64,000 nt of DNA from Marsupella aquatica (lineage: Eukaryota > Plantae > Marchantiophyta), in contig OZ316894.1 of NCBI GenBank assembly GCA_973895155.1, forward strand, positions 12,254,828 to 12,318,827. Direction: 5' to 3'. The position numbers and the translations under genes were made by a program. Of the stretch, positions 24,401 to 35,682 are shown one piece after another (the stretch's first letter is position 1; every line of letters begins with the position of its first letter). Under the pieces are notes generated by a model. The model saw nothing but the letters and a program-made list of their open reading frames with translations. It did no database searches and was not told the origin of the DNA.

Positions 24401-27009
24401 AAGGTGTCGATTGTCTCGCCGTGGCTTGCCATTCGCCAGCAATTTTGTATCATTGCTTCGCTGATTGGCTTACGTTATTCGCGTGGAGTATATAAAGTAT
24501 GTGTGCAGGGACCTGCCGACCATATAACAAAATCAAGAGACAAACCACAATTAGAGAATAATTGATGACAGGACTCTCGAGTTCATTTGTAAATTCTTCA
24601 AGGCCTTCCGTACTTCTCTCAGAAGATTGCACACCAGTGAAGTTGGGACGAATCGTACTGGCCAATGATGCTATCCGAGTAGAAAGGACAAGCACACATG
24701 TACAATACGGTTTTGCTTTGAGTATAACAGTAGACAACAGGAACAGAGAATTATGGCTAACATGCCGCTGAAGATATTCTTAATAATGCTATGTCTGTTG
24801 CAGCAGTTATTGAAATAATTGATTTGCGGCGAACGTCGACTTCCATCTCTTTTGTTTTTTTGTTGGCTACAGGTAGATGTGGCAAATTGGAGCAGTTTCT
24901 GGAGTACTTAAAGGGATTGAAATAATTGACTTGCCTCGAACGTCGACTTCCATGAGCTGTCTGTTTTAATTAGCGAGATGTGGAAAATTGGAACAGCCTC
25001 TGGAGTAACCAAAGGGCCCTAACTTTTGGGGACTGTTCCACTCTCTCTCTGTCTCTCTCTCACACGTTTCTCTGAATCCAATTTGAAAAACGGTCTTTGT
25101 AGCTGGACAATACCTCGGGCAGCAAACTAATAAGAATCTGTGACGGAGGAACTCTGCCTTCGAAATCATGACGCTATGCATGCTATGCATCCCATGAAAC
25201 CCAAGATTTGTCTGGGAATTTGAACGCGCTGTACAGTCATGCATTCAGAACATATAAATCAGCAATGTAGATTGATAGCGCGAGGGCCCCGTGGATGACT
25301 GTGCATCAACCTTCCTTGTACAGCACACGTGCTCGAAGCATGGCCTGACCCACTTTCGCACAGACACGGATAAACAAGGGCCTTGCGAAAAAGCTCCACC
25401 CTAACAGTTCAGTTCATGAGAATCGAATCGCTCCACTTGTTACCTTTTTTACGGCGGTTTAACTGGAGGAACCTACATTCAATAAGAATATGCGCATTCT
25501 TCTATCATTCGTTCTCGCATTCTTTACACATCTTCCTTGTCATCTAAAACGTATCACCTCTGAAAAGGATACCCAGACGGAAATTCTCAATAAGATCAGA
25601 GAATCGAATTCCGTTTTGCGCTACTGCCTCTCTGCCCTTTGACGCCGAACATCCCGAGTTCCGTTCACATTTCAACTTCCTCTCGGGAGCCTTATTCAAC
25701 TGCGCTAACGGTGCTGAAGATTGGGGCATCGCGTTTCCGTTCTGCTAGCTTCGCCAGCAGCTTCCACTTTCCATGGACCTTGGTAGAATATTAGGTTTAC
25801 TGTACGTACAGGGTCCATCTGTCGCCAAAACGGATGGATGGTAAATAGAAACGTCAACGATTCACCTTTTTCAACTTTCCCCCGAATCGATGCCCCCCTC
25901 ACATAGTTACCGGAGTCCCTTGGCAAATAATACCCCTCACTAAGCGCGAAGAGGGTAATAACTGTGTGCGTTCCTTGGGTGACACGATAATTTTCTCTTA
26001 CACGTACAGCTGTCCTAAAAGCAACTAGGGCATTGACCGTGGACGGTTTTCCTTAGTCAATTCTGGGAGAAAAGGTCAAGATCTTCCAAGAAAGTGAACC
26101 CTCCACCTCGCTTAATTCGTTACCCCTGGATCCCGAGAAAAGTAATTAGTTTATTTGAAAGAAGAAACCTCGTTCCCAAGTCCCAAGATACGTGACGGAA
26201 CGAGCTTTAGTCCCGCCTAGCTCACTCAGATTCTCGTGAAGGAGACCAGGAACTTTCCCTGATCTAGTCAATGTATACTCCATACAATTGGCCAGACTGG
26301 AATCTCAGTCAGATTGTGCGAAGTTGGTCCTAAACCATCGTTCATTTCAAAGTAGGAATTATAGGGTGGTAGTTCGAGCTGTTCAAGTGAACGCAACCCC
26401 GCAACCACCATCTCATGAAACACATGTGGAGGATATTATTTGTCCTCCTTATTCCAGGCCAAATATGCATGCATCAGTGTTCCGGTTACACCTGTCCTAT
26501 ATTATGAATGTGTGGGACCATTACTTTGGATTGCTCCTCGCTTTGAGCCATAGTGTGAAGGAAGAGCGTTCGAAGACTCCGATTGACTGTAGCCATGGTC
26601 AGCCTATAATTCTCTAGCCTGATCAGTCTGTGTAGAAGTAGTGCCAAATTCTCTCTACGCATTCTACTGACTAGATTTGAATGAATTCCGAATATCTGAA
26701 TACATCTGAAAGAACGAAACCAATGGCGCAAGACTAGCTCACAGTACGTTGTTTAACATTTCTTCAGGTGCCAGTAGACTGAACCATCTTTTACGTCTGA
26801 TTAGTTTTGTTTGGTGATTTATATATATTTAAAGGCGTTTAGTACAGTAAGCTGCTGATAACACGGAATGTAATCCACACAGCTTCAGCTGTAGCGTGTC
26901 TTTCTATTTCACGGTCGAGTTTTAAAAAACAGAAACAAAGAGAATTAATATAGCTCAACGAAGTAGATGGATAACATTCGTTACATTTGTAGGAGCCATA
27001 ACTTTGACG

Positions 27010-27319
27010 TTTGGGGGTCTCAATCCAAAGGGTATCCCATATCATGCGTGAAGTTTTGGGGGAATAAACACCCTAAAAGTTGTTGAGTTAATAAAGTTTT
27101 TTTTAAGAATTTTTTTATCCTTAATTTAATGGAATATTCTAAGAATATTCCCAAATTTAATTTTAAAAAACCCTATGATTTTTAGAATTCTCAAAATTGG
27201 ATTAAAATAACCCTAATGTTCTTCAACAAAAATTTAAAAGTATTTCACTAAACTCAATTAAAAAACACTATATTTATTCGCGTGTGATGGGTAGGAAGAA
27301 AAGAAATGAGGACCCCGGG
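27010..27319. mobile_element. 310-bp MITE with 8-bp TSD
   Basis: Left end TTTGGGGGTCTCA, right end reverse complement CCCGGGGTCCTCA. TSD CTTTGACG lies at 27002-27009 and 27320-27327. The interior is homologous to 7335-7600. Confidence 0.8.
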
Positions 27320-28597
27320 CTTTGACGAAAGTCCCTGTTAGCTTTCAATTGGTCTTGAGTCCTTTCTCTCTAATTGCTACTGACGAAGAAATCGATATCA
27401 GTACTCAGAAATTCATTGCCATAGTGTTTGAAAAGTAGTGGTTGAGAGTCTTTTCCATTCACTTAGTGGAATTACTTCTTCATTACGGACCCCACTAGAG
27501 GTTCCTTCCAAAATTCCTGGCACCACAGAGTGCCACGTCAGCAACAACCGCAACAAACAAGAATGGTCATGTTTGCGCAATGAATAAACTCCTCTCCATC
27601 TTGTTTACGTCGCTTTTCGTGTAATTTTATGGACGCCATGCCGTCAAAACATAATGTAAAAGTAATTAAAAGTTCATCCAAATCTATTGATACAAAGGGC
27701 GAGATTAAAAACATTCACCCATATTCTCTTTACTTAAATTTATAAATGTTTTTTTATAAAAGTAAATAGTGTTCAACGTAAACAGTAACCGTATTCCTGT
27801 GTAACTGCCGAAATAAAACCGTCAGAACAAAAGAAGCACATCAACATTTCGAAAGGGAGGAAGGCTTTTGATGAAAGTAATGAAAAGAGGAAAGCTCGAA
27901 AGGAGTTTCGCCTCTTGAAGTGCAAAGTAAAGAGGAATGTTGGAGAAACAAAATCAAAAAAGATCAGAAGCCGAATGAAGAAAGGAAAAATGAGAACTGA
28001 TCGAGGACAGAAAAGAGGCGCAGCACATCTTAATCAGAAACAAATAGATCGAGCAGAAAGAAGGAGAAGCAAAGAGAATCGATAAGGACATTGACAAGAT
28101 CGATAAGGACTGATCGACCTCAACTACTCTAGCAGATCACTGAAGCTCAACGTAGTAGTCCACTAATCGAATAAAAACAGGTGGGGGTCCACGAACTAAT
28201 TTGATTAATAGAAGCTTTGATGGACACAAAAGTTTGACATTGCAACTTGGATTTACATTGTTATTTGAATAGACAAGACCTTTGGTGATACGGTATGAAA
28301 GTGTAAGTGAATTATACACAAGAACCAAGGAACTCTGGAACTACTTCAGAAGAGAGGCTGCAGCTACATGGACAAAATAATATTGGAAGAATTAAACCAC
28401 TCAAACCTTCAATTACTTGTCAAGTTCGTGTTTACATGTCATCTAACTGCAGAACAGAGATGCACTTGTGCTATGCAAGTAAACTTGAACATTTAATTCT
28501 GTGTCGATGGTTATTTTGCATGTCCATGCAGGCATCACGTCAAAATGTTGTGCCCATCCTAGCTTTGACTTTTGCAAGTGCATGCATGGAATCATCA

Positions 28598-28622
28598 ATA
28601 TATATATATATATATATATATA
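28598..28622. repeat. (TA)n microsatellite
   Basis: Directly visible. Confidence 0.9.
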
Positions 28623-29093
28623 GAATGGAGAATCTTAGCATAGCTCGTTGGCTACTCAGTGGCCGGGGAGTCTGCCTTTCTGCCAGCCGCCATCCTTGTG
28701 TTTAAAGATTTCAAACTCCACGATTCAAACTCCGCTTTTAAGTAAAGGTGGAGGGTAAATCACGTGTACGCTTTGTGGGGACCTCCATATTGTAAGGGTT
28801 TCCCTAATGTGTTCAACAAGTGTCAATGACGAATTGGGTGTGAGATATTATTCCTCCTGTCCCCAAAAAAGGAGAGAAACCTAAACTGGACGACCTCGAG
28901 CTGTATCGAAAGATTGTCTCTTCCACACTAGGAAATAAACTATATTGAAAAATGAAGATCTCCAAATAGAGCCACTCTTTAAAAAAATGGGTTCCCTGGT
29001 GTGCTCATGCTTATTACATAGTAACGTGATTCTAAATGAAACCTTACTTGCACTCAATATAGATATGGCAGAAAGTCTGTCATTTTTTATGAA

Positions 29094-29200
29094 CTAGCCC
29101 AATGCCCATTTGTTGCACTATTGTAGTTATGGCCATGCCGTTGTCATGAAAATGATTTCCATACCAATGCGTTGCACAGAAAATGTTGAGTGAGGCAAAT
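29094..29200 (-). mobile_element. Helitron 3'-terminal fragment (5' extent unclear, possibly to ~29700)
   Basis: The minus strand reads TAGTGCAACAAATGGGCATTGGGCTAG|T, matching the 3' end of the Helitron at 6518-6544. Confidence 0.6.
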
Positions 29201-30854
29201 AATAAAGGTGACACAAGTAAATTGTTAATCTTATATGTCATTTGAGGGAAGACAAGGAAGTCATCTGAGGCATGGATATGTAATCAAGGCAAGGAAGTCT
29301 TAGAGGAAAGGAAGTGTTGTGGGGGCAAGAAAGTGTCTTCGAGGGTGTTTTGGATGTCAGGATTGATGCCAAGATGTTGTCAAATGAAACCTACCGTAGT
29401 CAGCGGTGTTGGACATCAAGCCATGGTACTGGATGGTGGTGACCATTTGTTGGGAGGGCGAGCAAAGGAGGGATTCAAGGGCGGGGCATGTGCAAAGGGA
29501 GGCGACAGCAATGGAGTAGGCATTTTTTCTATGTCTGCCTCCCCTTCCTGCATGGGCACTGAGCAAATCATTGGCCTGTTTCTAATGCCCTGCAAACAGA
29601 CGGGGATACCAAGCAAGGATAGGCATAGAGTCCAGGCACACACCCGGCCAGAAAGCGGGCCCGTCAGGGAAGGATGGGCGCTTCAGTGGACATCGTGAAG
29701 AGTACTGTATGCCAGGAGTGTGTATTGGCCTTTACTCATTCAAGGAGGTGTTTGTAGGCTCTTTTCGCTCTTTTGCATTTTTATCATTGATGTTTGTTTG
29801 GCCCTTTTCTCTATAAATAAACTTGAGTGTTCCTTGAAAAACTACAAAAGCACGACTATGAGTAAGAATAGCCAACAAATCTAGACATGAATACACCCCA
29901 ATTGGTTTTGACCACCGAGGGCATGTTGGTTCATTAATCCCCCCTCCAATGCTGGATATGTCCTGGTTAGATAAAAGCTAGTGTTCGGTTTCCCTCTCCC
30001 TTTTTTCAAAGGAAAGAAAGTGGACACAGGTATGAAGAGAACTCAAGAATTGCCAAGTCTGGTGTCCTTTTTTCCACGACAGTGTCTTTCTTTTCACTTT
30101 CGTTTTTGCACCACCCTGTTGGTCAAGTAAGTTTTCCGTAAACAGCCCAGTTTGGATCTTGATATTCCTTAAATCCCATTTGTTGCGCTGGATTTATCTC
30201 ACTGATGAATATTGCGAAGCTGAAGACTCTACCACTCAAATTATTGATATCTATTCTGAGAAATAGAAGGTCCTGCCTCTTAAAGCACTGATATGTTTTC
30301 TTGTAGAAGATGTGACAGTAATTGTAATTTGGTTTAAGTGCCCAGTCAAGGAGGTGAGTACAGAAGCCCATCTCAACACTCAGGATCCAACGCATTCTCT
30401 CTTCTCTGCCCAAATTTGTTGTTAAAATCCCCGTTCGAAGCACGGAATAGTCGTCTCATGTTTGAACCAAAGAGGTAGCATTCCAGTCAAGTACTCACCA
30501 CAACTGATCGCGTGAAAGTGGAGAAATTGTAGCCCGTCCATTGCAAAGGGATTCCTGACTGCAGATTTAGAACTAACCACTCTGAACCAACACCAAAACT
30601 AAAAAGAACCACAAGCACGATGGAACAAAACGACAGTTGCATTCCAGAAAAGCAAACAGAAATTTCAGGTATGATCGTTGAGAGCAAGGACGGAGCCGCG
30701 CTCCGACTCTTCCACTTTGCCAAGTATTCTTCAGATTGAACGTTGGCATATTTACAATCAAAGGGGAAGCCATGTGGTCCCTTCCCAACTTTAGAAGCCT
30801 CTGGCGTGTCTAGACCCTCAAAGAAGTGTTCTCTGAATTCATCACGGGCTCCAG

Positions 30855-33670
30855 CTAAAAGAAGGATCGAGATACAGGACCCTTGGAAATGCCCAAACGC
30901 ACTTCCATGGCATGATGCATATCTGCTGGAACAAAGGCTTCAGACTCCTTTGGATCTGCTCAGGCCATCACAAATCCATATAATCACATTAGCGCAACTC
31001 TACACCAACCAGCTCAAGAACTATTCAAATGAGAAGACACCAACGCTACAGAACATCTGCAGTACAAGTAAAGAATCACAGGCACACAGATTGCTTCACA
31101 ACCAGCCCACGGAAGCCTCTAAAGCAATGCTTCAAATCCGAGGTGTTGTCATCTAAAGTATTTAATATACCTAGTTGAGATATAGATCTGCCTGCCCTGA
31201 ACACAGGGCCATATCCCCTGACAGTATAATTGCCCAGTAAAAGAGGAATGAACTTCAAGAGACCTAACAAGACAACATGACTGAAAACGTCTCCACGATA
31301 TACCACGTAACTGTGTTGGAGTGATGATACAATATTCTCAGGCATTCCATGAAATGCCGAAAGTACTAAGAGGGGAAGTCTCCAAAGAGACTCCCTTTGA
31401 GAAACAAAGGCTTAAAGAGGACGCAATGCTTCAATAACACTCGCAGGCTAGAAACCAAATCGTTTGGCACAATGAGATTGGCTCAGAATCTCGGGCATCT
31501 AAGCCGTATTACCGATACAGAATCAGTCCATCTAATGAAACTAAGCAAATGGTCGTTGAGCTCAACTATATTTCAAAATTTCCGCTCTTGATCATTTTGA
31601 ACACAAAATAAAGAAATCTTAACAATCTCCTATTCAGACGGGTCCAACAACGAGAAAGTCATGCTCTTACAAGAGGAGATATGATCTGCATCTATACAGT
31701 CTCAATTATGCCGGTATTATTCGTCAAATGAAATCTTTGGACTCCTCTCTCATTCACATCTCTGGTTACAGTGATGGAAGGTTAAGGACATTCATCGTTG
31801 AGAAGTATATTATCTAGTGTGCCATCAAGCCTTGCCCATTCGCAATCAGTAGCGAACCCAGTAACACGCAACACTTCAGTTGCACTCACAGTCTAGTATG
31901 CCCCCGGATGGCAAGAGAGAGGTGATAAGGAGAAAATTATAATCCAGAACATAACAGAGTAAGCCCAAGTTCCATGGAAAATATGTCCTGAGTTAGAAGC
32001 AGAGTCCAGGATAACATACCACCAAATGAGTCCTCAAAGCCAATTTCATCAAGGGCGCCAGTCAAGGATTCGAGGCCAAGCATACACGACGGTAACAGAC
32101 CTGGAGGCCGCTGAAACCTGCATAGTTTTCACAATTCATTATTGAAGCAAAGAAGTAACTCTAACCCACAGCGTAAGCAAACAGATTCTAGACACGTTTT
32201 AGAAAAATAAGAACAACTACACAAGACGCAGAATGGTCACGCTTTATGTCCTCCTTTCCAATGTGATAGAATTCAAAACGTAACTCTATGGTAGAGACAC
32301 GACCCATCTTCGGAATTTCATTAAAAAAAGCCGCTGAGCAAGGTGGTTTCAGTATTCAATGAGCAGAATGATGACCAGCTTCAGAATTCATTCAAGAACA
32401 AAGGAGAGAAGAAAGTGCTATAAACAAGGATGACTTCGAGATGAAAGATGGAAAGCAATTTGGCGCCTCCTGCACGAAAATGGATTAAGTAGATCCGTTA
32501 AGGATGATTCCTTAAAAAAAAAAAAAGTATATAATGAGGATAAGGTGGCCTACTTCGAAAGTATCTGTTGCTCCATTTGTAATTGCATCGGTAAAGCAGT
32601 TCCATAGGCATTCTCCATCAGGTATCGTTTCGTTTGGGCCTGATACTTACGGTTCTTCACAGGACCAAGAAACACAGCACGCAGTTTCTTATCAGGCTTA
32701 AGAAAACTGAGAGGACAAGTTTGCTGGAATTGGGTAAATCCCCATGTCAAGATCATTGCCATCAATAATAGGTTCCTCAAGTCTCCGCGGATCATTATAA
32801 CGGAGAGCAAGAAACCGATTCTAAGAGAGAAAAATAGGATAATCACTGAGCACAGCTGGGGCACAAAGAAACACAATAAAAGGGGATACGCACTGTCTCT
32901 TGAATAATCTGAGCAGGATGCACGGGCAAGGCATCTAATTTCAGCGTTGGAAGCCCGAACCGCAGAGTATCGTGCGCACCCATGACGTCATGAGGTAAGT
33001 GTGGTCCACGCTCCTGCAATATCAGAAGGGAACCCTAAATTCAAAAAAATTCAACTCTCGGGCCTATTCTCGTGCTTAGTCATCCTTCTCATCCTGTCTC
33101 GCACAATCTTGCACCTCACAAACTGGCCACAGAGAGCCTCTATTCGTTTACACGCCACAAGACCTCTCATAGATAGTTTTAGTGGTATTCCCCAACACAA
33201 ACTTTGTTACAAACGACTGTAGGTCTCCTAGGTAGGTTCTGTACTTATGATTCTTTGGTGCCTAATTATATGGTCGACCGTGCCTTTTCCATTGTAAACT
33301 TCCCTTCCATGACCTAATTTCGATAGCCTACCTCCAGTCCCAAACAGAGCACATTCCGTGGGACCCTTTGTCCAATTAAACCCTCACAAAACGTCAGAGA
33401 CGGCACATCATATTGCTATCTCTCCAATAGGAATCGATCTCCAGCACAGCAAGACTCGCAATGGCACCACAGAAACCAAGAGAAAGTTCCGTAAGCAACA
33501 TGTATCATTTGGACACTGGAGCAAATACACGCAGCCCGAGCCCTCCACCATTCTTTCTCAGCCCTAATTTCTCAGCAGGAAACACTATCAAAACCCGTGC
33601 GGAATGCTCAGGCACTGCTTTGACATTCAATTCCATGAAAAACTCGTCACGAGTGAAAATACTATACCAT
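30855..33670 (-). CDS. UMP1: Proteasome maturation factor UMP1/POMP, 5 coding exons (33668-33670, 32894-33013, 32554-32654, 32020-32117, 30855-30955), 140 aa
   Basis: The spliced translation M|ERGPHLPHDVMGAHDTLRFGLPTLKLDALPVHPAQIIQET|NRKYQAQTKRYLMENAYGTALPMQLQMEQQILSK|FQRPPGLLPSCMLGLESLTGALDEIGFEDSFG|DPKESEAFVPADMHHAMEVRLGISKGPVSRSFF* matches plant UMP1. All introns are GT-AG and the total is 423 nt. The ORF track shows only exon 3. Confidence 0.92.
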
Positions 33671-35682
33671 CTTTACTGCTGCCGCTGCTCCTGCTGCTCC
33701 TGCTGCTCCACAAGTCACCGAGAAGCTTAGCGTTCGTGTTGGGCTCCTCGAGCAGGCGAAGTGAAGAACGTCCCCGACCGATGTGAAGCGAAGAGTATCC
33801 GAGCGACAGATAGAAACTCGGAGCTCGAGGGGGAAGAGAGTCCTTGGCCTTCAACTATGCCCAAAACGTCGGGGCCAAGTAAGGGGAAGGTGATGCTCCC
33901 ATGTAGGTAGCCCGTGAACCATGGAACCGCCATGTACCCTAGGAGCTTTTTACATTGCGCTCATTTGATACCCTTTTATAGTTTCCAAAACGTTTTCAAT
34001 AAGAGGGTTTGACCCTCAATACCTCCCTTGATATCAAAGAGAGTGGCTCTTCTTGGGCTCCTTAGAAGAGTCTTGGAAATATCTATTTGAATGTGGACCT
34101 TTAGCCCATCCCTGTGAAGATATAGCATTCCCTTATCTTTTCTTCTTATTGGGATTTTGGGTTGCATTTGCCTCATTTTTATGTTTGGTGTTTGTTGTCT
34201 TTGGACCTCTTTTGCTTTCCCTTTGTTGTACTTTGTTTTTCCTTTTGGTATAAATTGTGCTTCTTTTCTCTTTCGAATAGGCCTAGTATCTTTAGTTTTT
34301 CATGAAGACATGAGAGAACTATGAGTTTGTACAGATTATTCAATGAGTCACTGTCCACAGTATGCAATTCCGGAAGTTTTTGACAAGCTAAGTCTGACAT
34401 CGAGTATCCTCCTCAATAACCAATGGAATCTAATGTTTTTGGATTTGTCAGAAATGGCTTGGAATCATCTTTCCAATGAGCCTAACATAGTCAAATTTCT
34501 TACCCTCTTCTATTGAGCCCAAGCAACTCATATGGACTGCAGCAAAACACCCTTTCCATTACAAAAGTCTCTTTGAGCTTTTTGGTGGACGTGAAGGTCT
34601 GTCTGGGCTGCAATCCTCAAGCAAAGGTTTTACAAATGCCTTTTCCAACTCAAGTGCATAATAAATATTTTCAAAAGGAAGTTCAGTTAGTGCAATCCCT
34701 TGATAGAAGGAGCCCATGTTTGGCTATATTTGGACCTCAATTTGGTTGAAAATCTACGCAAAATAAGAACTCCACATTGGCATCGTCTTGGACCCACTCA
34801 TTGCCATGTATGATTGGTGAATACCATACCTGAACCCTTGCATTCTTGTAAAACCAAGTGTTAATAGTCTAGATTTAAATCTGGGGGTGCTAGTTTAATG
34901 TATATTTTGAGATACAGCTGTGATCTTAGTTTCATATTAACACAATAGAAGTACCAGAAACTTATCCCTCAACATTTTATTATGAAAAGCTGAACCAAAG
35001 TGGTCAAAAATTAGGTGTCACCCTTTATGGAAGTATAGCTTACCTCCTTATGCAAGGAGGCTCCTTGTTAATTTTCATGCCTCCTTCTCTAGTTGCGTTG
35101 CAGGTGCAAAACTAAAAATATTTTGGAACTCGTAATCATCAACTTACGGGGCCCAAACTTTGGCATGGAAATCCAAAATGTGGTCCAAGGGAGCATTATG
35201 TCGAACATGGGTTCGTGAAAGTTTATTTCGCAAAACTTGCCTTGAAAAATGCGCAAGTACTTCAATATACCCAATATACCCAATGCGTTCACTTTTCCAC
35301 TTTAGCTGTAGGCATCGTGCTAGAGAATCAGGTGATGTGAACGCAACACATTGAGGTGTAGATTCATCCATTCTCCAGGGAGGCAAAATTGGCAAGAGAT
35401 GAAGGGAGTGTCGTCTGAAAGCCTTTTGACCCTCCATCGAATCTCAACGTCCATAAAATTTCAGTGGCAACACTCTTCACTTGTGCTGCTCACACATTGC
35501 CAGTGAAGATCTTAGCAGCCAGAAATGGTCCTAGCCGAGCCCACGGTATCTTCACACGATACAAACGACTATAGTTACATTGCGCGAGACGTAACCGTTC
35601 AGTGCTACACACAATAAACCACTGGGATGCTGGCCTGACTGACAATGCTATCAATATTACATTAAAAACCGCTGTGGATACA

